A stretch of DNA of 64,000 bases from contig OY740804.1 of assembly GCA_963514005.1 (NCBI GenBank), forward strand, positions 19,406,001 to 19,470,000, in the 5' to 3' direction. Below are positions 13,906 through 26,326 of the stretch, in pieces; position 1 is the first letter of the stretch; every line of letters begins with the position of its first letter. The notes under the pieces are model-generated. The model did no database searches, had not been told where the DNA came from, and saw only the letters and a list, made by a program, of their open reading frames with translations. The translations under genes and the position numbers were made by a program. The stretch comes from Raja brachyura. Its lineage: Eukaryota.

Positions 13906-15029
13906 TACTCGAGGGAGTTACTCCAGATCCAGGGTCAGGGAGTGATTCTGCGTTGGTTTTCAGCGGTCGCGGCGAGGCGGCGACCGGACAGCAAAGGCGG
14001 CCAGATCTCCCACAATTCAAAGCGAGGGAGAAAGTGCCAAGTGCCGACCAGTTGCCGTGGCTGCGCGCATGCGCAGGGTGGCCAAAGATGTGCTGGCCGT
14101 GGTTGTGCGCATGTGCAGGGGGATAAGGTGCTGGCCATAGCAGTGCGCATGTGCAAGGCGACCTGAGAAGCGAGCGGAGAGAGGAGACCTGGCGGCCTGG
14201 ACACGGATACGGATGGCAGGCGGAGACGGAGATTGACAGACAGAGAGAGAGAGAGATAGAGAGGGGGGCCCAACCCAGAGTTGAACGGCAGGTGTCCTTC
14301 CTTGGCCGGAGGCGCCATAGATTCCGAGGCCCTAGGCTTCAGCATATGAAGCCTAGTGGTAAATCCAGCTCTGCGAGGCCCCTCGAGATCTCGAGGCCCG
14401 AAGCTTAAGCTTGTCAAGCCTATATGTAAATCCGGCCTTGGCCTAAGGAGTGCGTGGGATTATGGATTAGAGGCACTAGGCCACATCTAACCCATGCTTT
14501 GGAAGGATTTAATACATAACTGAACATTATTCTGTTCTCAAACCTTTCATCTCCATTTTTTTAAGCAACCACTGAGGCTTAATTAAAGTGTTACCTCTGC
14601 CCAGAATGCACCAGCTTTGTGGAGTCTGTTCAGATGGTCCCTTTGCTAATCCACTGCCTGGCCATGTTTAGGAGCAGAGTGATGAGAAGGTCCTTGTCCC
14701 CTTCTGCACTGACTGTCTATAGTTCAGGAGCAAGGGACTAAGTAGAGCCAAATCTTGATGACAGACCCTTTAAACATTATAAACGGGCTGCAACCTCTCA
14801 CACGCTGTGTGTACATGGAACATGTACTTGTCCCGGCTGCAGAAAAGCAGGCAGGCTAAGGGTGCATGGGAGAATTAAAATCCTGATGAATGGGACTGCT
14901 CTCTGCCACACTCTCCACCCTTGGTCCCATTCAGGCAGGGCTCCTCACCCGCATCCACCATGCAGAATGATCATCACAGTTTAAGTTTTGTTTTTAGTTT
15001 AGAGATACAACATGGAAACATACCTTCAC

Positions 15030-15296
15030 CGAACATCGATCACCCGTTCTCACTAGTTCTATGTCATCCCACTGTTCACATTGACTCCCTCCACACTAGG
15101 GGAATTTACAGAGATGAATTAACCTGCAAACCCACACAACTTTGGGATGTGGGAGGAATGCGGAGCACCTGGAAGAAACCCACGTGCAGACAGGGAGAAC
15201 ATGCAAACTCCACAAAGAGAACACCTAAGAGGATCAAACCCAGGTCTCTGACATTGTGAGGCAGCAGTTTTACCAACTACACCATGGTGCCGCCCC
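15030..15296 (-). mobile_element. V-SINE
   Basis: Reverse complement shows tRNA-like head and GTGGAGTTTGCATGTTCTCCC...GGGTTTCTTCCAGGTGCTCC V-domain. Confidence 0.75.
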
Positions 15297-16619
15297 AGTG
15301 TTTGTAATTGGCAAACAATGATGAAGGACTGGAGTGGGTGCTGGAACGGGTCATACAGGGAACAAAACCCTGTGGTGTGGAGCAGCATAGAAGGCATTTT
15401 TGAGAGACAGGACCACATTGTGTCAGACCCAAAGAGGGTTTCAGAGCTGGAATCCAATGAGCAATCCCAGCCAAATAAGCTGTGTTCAGTTGGGAACATG
15501 TCACGCACCACCCTCCACTACATGCAGTGATGTGGATCCGAAAAACATCAGCAACAAAACTTGTTCAGCTCAATCCTCCTTCACTTCATCTTTTCCCTGC
15601 CCAGTGACTGGAGATGACCATGTCCCAGTATCTGGGAAGATTCCAGTAAAAGACAGGCAATTTCTACCAATTCCCAGGTAAAAAAGACCCATATGGGAGT
15701 TATTTATAGGTTCCCAAAATAACCAGGATTTAGAGAATAAGTTACATCAGGCAATAAAAGTGGCTTGTAAAAAAGGCAATGCTACGGTGGTCATAGGAGA
15801 TTTCAATATGTAGATTGACTGGGGAAATCAGGTTGGTACTGGACCCCAAGAAATGAAATTTGCAGAGTGCCTCTAAGATGGATTTTTAACAGCTTGTGGA
15901 GCCTACCAGGGAAAAGGCAAATTTGGATTTAGTGTTATGTAATGAACCGGGTGTGATAAAGGGAACTCAAGGTAAAGGAACCAATTGGAGGTAGCAACCA
16001 CAACATGATCTGCAATTTGAGAGGGAGAAGATGAAATTGGATGTGTCAGTATTGCAGCTGGGCAAAGGGGACTATGGAGGCGTGAGGGAGGAGCTGGCCA
16101 AAGTTGACGGGAAAGGGACCCAAGGAGGGATGACGGTGGAACAGCAATGGCAGGATTTTCTGCAAATAATCCGGAAGATGCTGGCTTTTTTCATTCCAAA
16201 CAGGAAGTAAGATTCTAGGGGGAGAAAGAGGCGACTGTGGCAGACAAGGGAAGTCAAGGACAGTATAAAACCAAAAGAGAAGGCGTATAACATTGCAAAG
16301 ATTAGTGGGAAGCCAGAGGATTGGGAAGCTTCTAAAAAGCAACAGCGGGTAACTAAAATGTCAATACGGGGAGAAAAGATGAAATACGAAGGTAAGCTAG
16401 CCAATAATATAAAAGAGTTTCTTCAGTTACATAAAGAGCTAGGAAGAAGCTAGAGAATGGACGTTGGAGAATGATGCAGGAGAAGTGATAATGGGGAATA
16501 AAGAAATGGCAGAGTTGAATAACTATTTTGCATTAGTCTTCACAGGGGAAGACACCAGCAACGTTCCTGAAATTCAAGAGATTCAGGGGCAGTGGAGTGG
16601 CTATTACCAGGGAGAAGGT

Positions 16620-16750
16620 CTGTTTTCCAGGCCCCCCTCACCCTCATCTTCACCATGGATGTCCAGTCACTCTACACCTCCATCCCCCAACAGGAGGGTC
16701 TTAAAGCCCTCCGTTTCTTCTTCGACCGCAGAACAACCAATCCCTGTCTA
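16620..16750 (+). mobile_element. Penelope-like RT fragment
   Basis: LIFTMDVQSLYTSIPQQEGLKALRFF. Confidence 0.75.
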
Positions 16751-17187
16751 GGTGGCTTTAGAGATTGTGGAGGCACTGATAGTGATTTTTCAGAAATCTT
16801 AGGAGAGGTCCCAGATGATTGAAAATTTGCAAATATTACCTCACTGCACAAAAAGGAAGCAAGGCAGAATAATGGGAACTACCGGCCGGTTAGTCTGACT
16901 TCGGTGGTTGGTAAGATTTTAGAGAACATTATAAAGGATGAGGTTAGAAGTTCACGATAAAATAAGCTGATGTCAGCATGACTTTGTGAAGGGGAAGTCT
17001 TGCTAGACCAATTTGTTGGAATTCTTTGAAGAAGTAAATAGCAGGACGGACAAAGGTGTCAGTAGAAGGTGTTTACTTGGATTTTCAGAAAGCCTTTGAT
17101 AAGGTGCCACACGTTAGGCTGCTTAGGAAGATGAGATGCCCCGGTATCAAAAGGCAGATACTAGCAAGTATAGCAGGTTGGCTGAAT

Positions 17188-17806
17188 AGAAACATAGAAA
17201 CATAGAAAATAGGTGCAGGAGTAGGCCATTCGGCCCTTCGAGCCTGCACCACCATTCAACATGATCATGGCTGATCGTCCAACTCAATATCCCGTACTTG
17301 CCTTCTCTCCATACCTCCTGATCCCCTTAGCCTCAAGGGCCACATCTAACTCCCTCTTAAATATAGCCAATTAACTGGCCTCAACTACCTTCTGTGGCAG
17401 AGAATTCCAGAGATTCACCACTCTCTGTGTGAAAAATGTTTTTCTCATCTCGGTCCTAAAAGAAGTCCCCCTTATCCTTAAACTGTGACCCCTTGTTCTG
17501 GACTTCCCCAACATCGGGAACAATCTTCCTGCACCTAGCCTGTCCAACCCCTTAAGAATTTTGTAAGTTTCTATAAGATCCCCCCTCAATCTTCTAAATT
17601 CTAGCGAGTACAAGTCGAGTCTATCCAGTCTTTCTTCATATGAAAGGCCTGACATCCCAGGAATCAGTCTGGTGAACCTTCTCTGTACTCCCTCTACGGC
17701 AAGAATGTCTTTCCTCAGATTAGGACACCAAAACTGCACGCAATACTCCAGGTGTGGTCTCAGCAAGAACCTGTACAACTGCAGTGGAACCTCCCTGCTA
17801 TACTCA
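17188..17806 (-). mobile_element. Young CR1 3' end
   Basis: RPHLEYCVQFW...RTRGHSL...RVVNLWNSLP; (TTTCTATG)n tail. Confidence 0.92.
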
Positions 17807-18784
17807 AATCATGAAGGGCAGAAGACAAAGAGTGTCAATAAAGGGGGCTTTTTCTGGTTGGCTGCCAATGATTAGTCGAGTTCTGCAAGGGTCGGGACTG
17901 GGGCCGCTACTATTCATGCTGTATATTAATTATTTGGACAAGGGGATTTAAGGTTTTGTAGTAAAGTTTGTCAATTATATGAAAATAGGTGGAGGCACAG
18001 GTAGTGTAGAGAAAGCAGGGACTCTGCAGAAGGACTTAGACAGGTTGGGAGAGTGGGCAGAGAAATGGCAGATGGAATATAGTGTAGCAGAGTGGAGTCA
18101 TGCATTTTGGTCATATGAATAAAGGTGTAGACTATTTTCTCAATGTGGTGAGAATCCAGAAATGGGAGGTGCAAAGGGACTTGGGAGTGCTGGTGCAGGA
18201 TTCCCAAAAAAGTTAATCTGCAAGTCGAATCGGTAGTAAAGAAAACAAACTCAATGCTAGCATTTAGTTCAAGAGGGCTTGTGTACAAAAATAGTAAGAT
18301 TAAACAAGAACTTAACAGTTTGAAGTTTGATCTTTATTTTATGAGGAGTTACGATGAGGGATTTCGTGAAGACCCCGCCAGGCACACATGCGCGACATTC
18401 TTCAAAGCAGCGGTGTGGAATCACAGATAACAACATTGACTGAAGATAGTAAGATTTAAGAGAACTAACATACCAGTTGAAATTATGATAGGGGGTTGGG
18501 AGTGGAGGGCACGAAATCCCTCATCGTAACTCCTCATAAAATAAAGATCAAACTTCAAACTGGTAAGTTCTTGTTTAATCTTACTATTTTACTTCGGAGT
18601 CACGTGTCATGCTCACACACTGCCGTAATTTTGATGGAGGAGGTTTGTTAACGTATTTTAGACTTGAACAAGCTGAAAAATAATAACATTTGTTAATACA
18701 ACAATAACCCCCTGAACTCGGGGACAAACGTTTATTGAACCGCACTTAAAACTGAATCCGCCAACGTTGCGGGAGCGGTTATAA

Positions 18785-19560
18785 GTCAGTTATAAAACCG
18801 CTGAAATGTAGATTCACTGGCCCAGCTCGCTATTGCGAGGCCATAATCCATGAACACCGCCATGGTCCTTGCCACTGATGTGGATGCAGCCCTGGTAGAA
18901 TGACATTTAAAATGTTAGTGTCTTACCTGCTGCACCGAATACCACCTTGAGTCATCTGGAGATAGTCTGCACGATCACCCTGTGATGTGGGTTTCCATGG
19001 CTGAAGCAGACCCATCTCCATATACCTGATGCCCATTTTCAGACCTGTAGTCCCAGGTCTGTGTAGTTTAAGCAACTCTTCTATAAAGAAGTTACTTTAT
19101 TATGGTCCGGTCATTCTATCCAGGTTTAATTCCTGTAGAGTCTTGACCCGTTGTGTTGTGTTCAGTGCCATTACCGTAACCACTTTGAAGGTGAGTAAGT
19201 CCAGTGGTAAATCCTTCATAGGCGACCAGCTCCTGAGTAGGGTCAACACTACCTCCAATCTCAGGTAATGTAATATCATGTTCGGGGAGGGATGGATAGA
19301 CCATACCCCTCATAGTTTGGATACCAGCTGGCGAGATCCCACTCCAATCTTGAGATAGGATGACAGTGCACTCCTGGCACTGTATACAGCACTGTAACTG
19401 AGGGACTCATCATAATGAAGATCCGTGAGGATTCTATCACCTTGGAGATCGTAGCAGATATGTAGATGGTCTAGGTCCGACTACAGAAAACCTCCCATAT
19501 CCTTATGTAGGCGAGGTACTGCTTTCTAGTGGACTCTCTCTGCACGACGCTGTTTGACGT
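18785..19560 (-). pseudogene. DIRS tyrosine recombinase remnant
   Basis: Hand translation gives FKCHSTRAASTS (HxxR, 18902-18891) and ASWASESTFQRFY (catalytic Tyr, about 18792). Confidence 0.85.
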
Positions 19561-19624
19561 CCATGGTCCTTTATGTTGCAGAGCCTAATTGTGTTTCCTG
19601 CAGCACCTGTCTGATGAAGCAGAA

Positions 19625-19770
19625 TGGGGAGCATAGAAAATGCATTTCCCCCCCAATGTAGTGAGAACGCGTCCATCGCCACTGCCCCAGGATCTGGTTC
19701 TCAAGAGACATATGTTGGTATCCAATGGCTCAACCTGGACGCAAGGAGGTCGATATCTGGTGTTCCTTAT
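19625..19770 (-). pseudogene. DIRS methyltransferase-like domain remnant
   Basis: Hand translation gives GTPDIDLLASRLSHWIPTYVS*EPDPGAVAMDAFSLHW, matching the DLFAS...DAF...W signature. Confidence 0.75.
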
Positions 19771-20556
19771 TGGGCTATAATTTTAGCAGATATTTGGAGG
19801 TTCAAATCCACTTGATGTTGTTATTAAATACTTGTGACCTGGTGTCCGCCACTATATTGAGCTTAACCAGAATGTACATAGCTGAACCCAAATATTTCTT
19901 TCAATCCACCAGAGCCAAATTAATGTTTCCAATTCATCACAAGATATTGACTTGACATCACGCATAAGGTTTAATATGCCACCTCAGTGGTATCATATTG
20001 AAGACGAACATACGTACGCTGCAGATTAGTGCATTAAGGCCGCAGCCCTTGACATGCTCCCAGCACCTTGTGATTGAAGAGACGTAGACTCATGCAAATC
20101 CCATCTACCGCCCCAACTGGAATGGTGTCGGTAGATCCCCAGCCCTTGGCGCTTGCGTCGGTTTGTAACGCGACTAATGGATTTGATGTAATGATGGGAT
20201 TTAACAATCACAACCATTGCTAATCCACCATTGTAGCTCAATTTATGCTTCAATTGGCAGCTGCATAGGCTCGTAAATGTCCAGCATTTGCTTTTAATGC
20301 CAAGATTTTTGCTTTTTCCCAAGCATTGATAGCGTAACGGCCCAATTATGTGGCTGGAATGTAGCTCCAAATTTACCAATTACCTTAGCAGCATGTCTAA
20401 AGTCGGTTCCCTGGCGCAAGCAAGGCTGTTACATGCGTCTATTATGTCTATTGCTCTGTTCCCTGGGATAGTGACAAACAGAGCCCCAGAATGTATGTAA
20501 CCTCCCTCCTACATGTGAGGTTATGCATGCAGTACTTCCAAGAGAACCAGACCCTA

Positions 20557-21623
20557 TTACCTCCATAGATACCGGCGGGCCTGACGTTCTGGTTCGGATA
20601 TGTTCTTGATGGTCTTCCGTCTGTCCCCCCCCCCCCCCCCCCCCCCCCCGAGGTTTGGAGGGAGGATAAGGCTGTCTTCGGTAAATCTGCACCCTTTGTG
20701 GTGTGCTGGAAGTACGAACCAACCCAGTGAATTTAGGGTGAAGGTCGGGCCGGATGGAGCTCTGACTAAAACAGTTTTTGGAAGTGTGCTACACAGGAGA
20801 GCTAGAGCATCCTGCTGCTCTGCGGATACACCTGCCCCATCGAGGGTCCTGGTGAGCGCCGTGATGCCCGACATCAACAGCTTCAGAATTTTCTGCATCT
20901 TAACCTCTTGTGCCCTCGCATTGGAACTGATGTTCCCTCAGATAGCTGAGTTGACCGTCGGGACGTTCAGGGTAACACAATTTCCAGGATCCTTGTACTT
21001 CTCCATGGTTTCTGAAAGCACCTGGTCTTGGAGCTGGTGTGTCTCCAGGAAATTGATACTTACTGCCAGTGTAGGTTGCAGCGGTTCCCCTGAAGATACA
21101 GGCTTCGGAAATTTCCACACTACCTCCAGCATTTCTTCTTCTGGATCTAGAGCAGTGGGCTCTTCTGCTGCCGCTTCTTCGTCAAATCAGCCATCTGTTG
21201 ACTCCTAGCACTGCCGACAGACGAAGGTGAGATTGAAGGTGGCGGCAAGATCCGGCTCCCAGACCGCTGAGACTCCCGCTCTTGCCGATCTAGGTCCCGC
21301 AGATATAGTTGCTCCACCATTAGCTCCATCCTAGCCATGCGACCGCTGCCGCTACACGCGGACAACAGGCCGACTTCCCCAGGCTCTCCTGAGACGCTGG
21401 AGCTTCTACCAGTAGGTCGCACCTCCACAAAGTGCGCTGGTAGGTCGTCGTCAGCAGCCGCTCCTGCGGGGCTGTACGACTCTTGCACTGACATACTGCT
21501 AGTCCGCCGTCGTTCGGACCTAAGCGGCACCTCTGCCTGGTGGGAAGACAGAGGGAAGGAATCGGTACCGGTCCCCATTACCGGCTCCGCTGTCCATGCA
21601 GGCTTGCCGTCACCCTTAACCAC
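20557..21623 (-). pseudogene. DIRS gag-like ORF1 remnant
   Basis: EKYKDPGNCVTLNVPTVNSAI...QKILKLLMSGITAL; 5' position within the element. Confidence 0.65.
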
Positions 21624-23499
21624 ACGGGTCCGTGACGGCGCATAGCCGGCTTTACCTGTCGCAACAGGGGTGCCTGGCCGAAAACTGCTGCCACTGGTCT
21701 GCGCTCCGGCAACCTGTTCCGGTGGAATGCCGGTACCTCCTGCTCCTGCAGGGCTCCCTGACTTCCAGCAGATCCATCACCGGCCCGCAATCTAGCAGGT
21801 TACCACCGGCGGTATGTCGATGCCTCCCGCTGCAGCGGGGCATGACCTGTGCGCAGCTCTCCCCCTGCTCTGGTGACCTGCATAGTAGGGGAGACAGAAC
21901 GAGCCGCCAAGCGGGTCACACGTTTACGCACCTTTGCTCCACTGTCGCTATGCTTAGGTGACAGTGGTAGGGAGTCAGGGTCTTGCCTACCCTGCTCCCG
22001 CAAGGTGATCCACCACTTTGCGGCCCCATGGTCAGCTGTGGTAGAGAGACGGTTCCTAGCTGTGCACCGATCTCCGCGTTCCTATCCCGGTCTGCAAAGC
22101 GGGTACTGCTGGTGTTATGAGCAGCTCCTGGAATCGTGGCCGCTGACTCCCATCTGAAGTCGCATGGCCCTTGTAGGCATGCTTCGCTGCCTTCATTCTG
22201 GTCTCCATCCATCTGTAAGCAAACTCTAGTACAGAAGCTTAGCTATTCAAGGTTAGTATCTTACCTGAGGGTCTAAGACGTATGGTGACAAGCCTCTCAT
22301 GATTTAATAACTTTATGTGCTGGCAGTCGCAACTTCTTGAAGACAACACATTCCCTGGAGTAGCATGGCACTTTAATGCAGACAGGCCACAGTATCTCTG
22401 CAGCTGCGGTGTAGAGTCAGGCTGCCGCTCTGCCTTTGCTTGCAAGCCCCCTCCTTCCTGAATGCCAGCAGCCCGCAGTGTCCCCTGTGGGCTGCGGTGT
22501 AGAGTACGGCTGCTGCTCTGCCGCCGTTTGCTGCGCACGGCGAGCCTGCGGGCTGCGGTGTAGAGTCAGGCTGCCTCTGCCGTCCTCCACCGGCGAGAGT
22601 GTGAGCCCGGACCTTCCTGGTCAACAGGCTGCCCGACTCCAGATTGTTGGTGCCGCCGCTGACTGCCGCGGCAGTCAGATACGAGGCGGCCTCGAGACCC
22701 TGCGGCAGGGTCACCTGGAAGAATAAGACTGCCAGTTAGTTTTTTCCTTACCTGCAGGTCCCTGCAGTAGAGGAGCAACGCTCCTCCCTGCCTGTCGCTC
22801 GCATGCGGTCGACGATATGGCGCGCATGCGTGCCTGGCGGGGACTTCACGAAATCACTCACGTGGCTCCGAAGTAAAACAGTGATGTAATGTTGAGGCTC
22901 CATCAGGCACTGGTCAGACCGCCTTTGGAATATTGTGAGCAATTTTGGGCACATTATCTGAGGAAGAATGTGCTGGCTTTGGAGACGGTCCAAAGGAGGT
23001 TTACAAGAATGATCACAGGAATAAGTAGGTTAACCTACGAGGGGCGTTTGTCGGCACTGAGCCTGTACTCGCTGGAGTTTAGAAGAGGAGTTAAGGGGGG
23101 GACCTCATTGAAACATACAGAATAGTGAAATAGTGAAAGATAGAGTGGATGTGGAGAGGATGTTTCCACAAGTGAAAGAGCCCAGGACTAGAGGTCATAG
23201 CCTCAGAATTAAAGGATGTTATTTTATGAAGGAGATGAGGAGAAATGTCATTAGTCTGAAGGTGGTGAATCTGTGGAATTCTTCGCCACAGAAGGCTGTG
23301 GAGGCCATGAGTGGATATTTTTAAGACATAGATAGATTCTTGATTAGTACAGGTGTCAGAGGGAATGGGGAGAAGGCAGGAGAATGGGGTTAGGAGGGAG
23401 AGATATATCAGCCATGAATGAATGGCGGAGTAGGCTTGATGGGCCGAATGGCCTAATTCTACCCCTGTTCCTTATGACCTTATGAGCTGTCACTTGCCA

Positions 23500-23960
23500 C
23501 TGGGAACTGCGTGTTGTCCTAAAGGCAGCGCACTTGGAGGAAGAAATTCATCACCAGTGCATGACATCTGGGAGGATGCTCAGTGTACAGAGTCCCCAAG
23601 GCAGAGAGTCGCCACCTGGGTATGGACGCACACCTGCGACTGACGGCCCTCCTCAATCAGGAGATTCAGAACAGCAGCAGAGTCACATTGCTTTTCTTGC
23701 CCTGGAACAAAATCTCCATTGCTGAATCTTGGTGACAAAGACAGTGAGTGGAACCAAAGTGACCAACTGGTACCACAGCATGGTGATCACATGTAGGTTT
23801 ATGATCAGCGATCGGCCCCTTTTGGAAAACACTTGGAACAGGCCTGAACAATGTGGGTGATTTCTACCTCCAGCGCTTGCCAGATAGTGAAAGTGCCAGT
23901 TTCCTGCATCCACACCGTAATCCCCAAAATATCTAAAATTCTGTCAAACTCTGTATTGAC
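23500..23960 (-). mobile_element. Tx1-clade LINE ORF2 fragment
   Basis: SKRGRSLIINLHVITMLWYQLVTL resembles the Tx1 LSxRGRxLVIN..LWY motif. Confidence 0.6.
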
Positions 23961-24134
23961 TAAAATAAAGACACAAAGTGCTGCAGTCAAGAGTCAAGTG
24001 AGTTTATTGTCATGTGTCCCAGATAGGACAATTCTTGCATTATTGCAGCACAACAGGATATTGTAGTCATAAATACAGATCAGATCAGTGTGTCCAAATA
24101 CCATAGAATATATATATATATATATATATAGAAG

Positions 24135-24642
24135 CAGAGAAACATAGAAAAGAGGTGCAGGAGGAGGCCATTTGGCCCTTCGAATCAGCACCGCCATTCA
24201 TTGTGATCATGGCCGATCGTCCCCAATCAATAACCCTGGCCTGCCTTCTCCCCATATCCTTGATTCCACTAGCCCTATAGCTCTATCTAACTCTCTCTGT
24301 GGCAGGGAATTCCACAAATTCACAACTCTCTGGGTGAAAACATTTGTTCTCACCTCAGTCTTAAATGGCCTCCCCTTTATTCTAAGACTGTGGCTCCTGG
24401 TTCTGGACTCGCCCAACATTGGGAACATTTTTCCTACATCTAGCTTGTCCAGTCCTTTTATAATTGTATATGTTTTTCATCCCCCTCATCCTTCTAAACT
24501 CCAGTGAACACAAGCCTAATCTTTTCAATCATTCCTCATATGACAGTCCCGCCATCCCAGGGATCAATCTCGTGAACCTACGCTGCACTGCCTCAATCAC
24601 AAGGATGTCCTTCCTCAAATTAGGAGACCAAAACTGTACACA
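24135..24642 (-). mobile_element. CR1 3' end; adjacent Penelope RT fragment (about 24645-24815, minus)
   Basis: FPMLGESRTRSHSLRIKG...RVVNLWNSLPQ. Confidence 0.85.
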
Positions 24643-24936
24643 ATTAAGGAATTGGGAGTAGATGTTAGAGTCTTTACATGAAGCAGGATGGGAAGAAGTG
24701 TAGTCTCGATAGCTATTGGAGTCAGTAGGTTAGTAGTAGATGTCGGTCAACAGTCTGTCTCCTGTGATGGCGAGGGCGATATTCAGAATCGGTCGGGAGA
24801 TGTCGGGGATGGTCCAAACAAACCGGTTCCCTTGCTACAGCTGCTCCAGCACTTTGTGACCTTTTCTGAACTAACCAGTGCCTGCAGTTCTTTGTTTCTA
24901 CATTTTCAATGGAAAAACTTAAAAAACAGCACTCAC

Positions 24937-25035
24937 TGATGATGTGGGTGGCAACAGTGACTAAGATGCCAATCAGAAGCAGGACGGCAGCAATCGTGGC
25001 CCTCAGCCAACATCCACAGAGACAGCTTCTCAACC
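24937..25035 (-). pseudogene. Orphan paralogous TM exon of the SLAM-like gene (GLRSCLCGCWLRATIAAVLLLIGILVTVATHII)
   Basis: 99 nt with AG and GTGAGT sites, alignable to exon 4; flanking intron 25036-25185 aligns to 41793-41945. Confidence 0.85.
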
Positions 25036-25169
25036 CTGGTGAAAGAGAGGGGATTACTCATCAGGGAGACTGCACTGGGCCTTGTTCACAAACTCAGCAA
25101 GAACTTGGGGCCCGCACTGTAGACTGACATCAAATAACTGTGACAGTGCTGTCCATTCACACACCCCAG

Positions 25170-26326
25170 AGCATGGACTGAACACTGCTGCAGAGTGCCT
25201 TGTCAAGATCAACGGCTCTTTGTTGGCCCCCATTCACTTTGGGAGGGGGTTAGTCAGGGATGTTCCATTTCCGGCCAGCAATATTCTATCTGTGTGGAGC
25301 CATTCCTGTGCCTCCTCTGGAGGCGGTTGGCAGAACTGGTTTTGCAGGGGCCGGGGGTGGAGGTGGTTCTCTCAGCCTACGCTGATGACGTTCTTCTAAA
25401 GTTCACCGACCATGTTGACCTGCGGAGGATGCGTGAGTGCCAGCAGTTTTTCTCAGCTGCGTCCTCCGCCAGGATCAATTGGGGAAGTGTTCTGGTCTCA
25501 TGGTGGGTCGGTGGCAGGTGGACTCCCTGCCGGAGGAGGTGGCAGGTTTTGCGTGGATGCCCAGTGTACCGTTCAGTGACGCGAAGAGGCGCGCGTTGTG
25601 CAGGTCGCTCCTGCACACTCTGCACATCCTCGCCCTCGTCTTCCGTCCAGACACACCCTGGCGGTCCGTGTTACCACCTGTCGGCGGGAGCGGTCCACAG
25701 TGGAGGTCTCTCTACAAGGGAGTCCTCCCCCTTTACATCGGGGACCTGGGGTGGAGAGTGTTGCACAAAGCCGTGGCCTGCAACAGGTACTTGAGCCGGT
25801 TCACAGACTCGTCCGCCGCCTGTCACTTCTGCGGCGAGGAGGAGTCTGTGTACCATTTGTACACGCAGTGTGAGAGGTTGCAGCCCCTGTTCGAGTATCT
25901 GATGGGGTTGCTCCTCAAGTTTTGGCTCCATTTTAGTCCAACACTATTTATTTTTGGGCACCCGGTACAGAGGGGGGAGGGTCGGGAGGGAGGAGGGGGT
26001 CTCCCTGTCGGTCTGCTCCTGGGCCTGGCCAAGATGGCCATTCGCGGGTCCAGGCAGCGGGCAGTCGACGGCCGCACAGCAGTCTGCCCCTTTTCCGGGG
26101 TTATGTACGTGCTCGCGTGTCCCTGGAGAGGGAACACGCGGTGTCCACAGGGACTGTGGAGGCCTTCTGTGAACGCTGGTCACCGCAGGAGGTGGAATGC
26201 ATTATTGATAGAAATGTTAATATTTTTATTTGATAATTTTCTTTGTAAGATGCCAATATAGGCATTCTTTGATTGTGTTACTACTTGTATTTGTTTGTTT
26301 TGATTAAAGCATTTTGTAAAAAAAAA
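25170..26326 (+). mobile_element. Tx1-clade LINE, 5'-truncated and internally deleted, copy 1, with poly(A)
   Basis: GVSQGCSISG, SAYADDV, ARINW, then DLGWRVLH..CHFCGEEESVYH..C zinc knuckle. Confidence 0.9.

Larger units (their letters stand above)
18287..22878 (-). mobile_element. DIRS1-type tyrosine-recombinase retrotransposon, both termini intact, ORFs decayed
   Basis: Inverted terminal repeats (18360-18400 vs 22815-22856); ICR 18510-18606 complementary to both ends; gag-like, MT-like and YR remnants; host CR1 rejoins across AAAA. Confidence 0.92.
15690..23487 (+). mobile_element. Decayed CR1 LINE hosting Penelope, younger CR1 and DIRS insertions
   Basis: EN (GDFN), RT ([11 protein letters not shown]) and C-terminal (LVRPPLEYC, RTRGHSL) segments in collinear order; (CCTTATGA)n tail. 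Confidence 0.85.

Noticed and set aside
15300-15681. Apparently unique sequence with a 93-aa ORF ending near a CAG/GTAAAA donor-like site
   Set aside because: No recognisable domain, no convincing acceptor and no partner exons; cannot be supported without a search
19625-19770. Dam-like methyltransferase motif as evidence of bacterial or phage horizontal transfer
   Set aside because: The MT-like domain is a known standard component of DIRS1-group elements
22404-22582. Repeat-spacer-repeat pattern resembling a CRISPR array
   Set aside because: Eukaryotic DNA, only three imperfect repeats with unequal spacers, inside a DIRS element, and no cas genes
20400-22800. Many overlapping GC-rich ORFs suggesting a host gene
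   Set aside because: All lie between the DIRS termini; they are gag remnants or alternative and antisense frames
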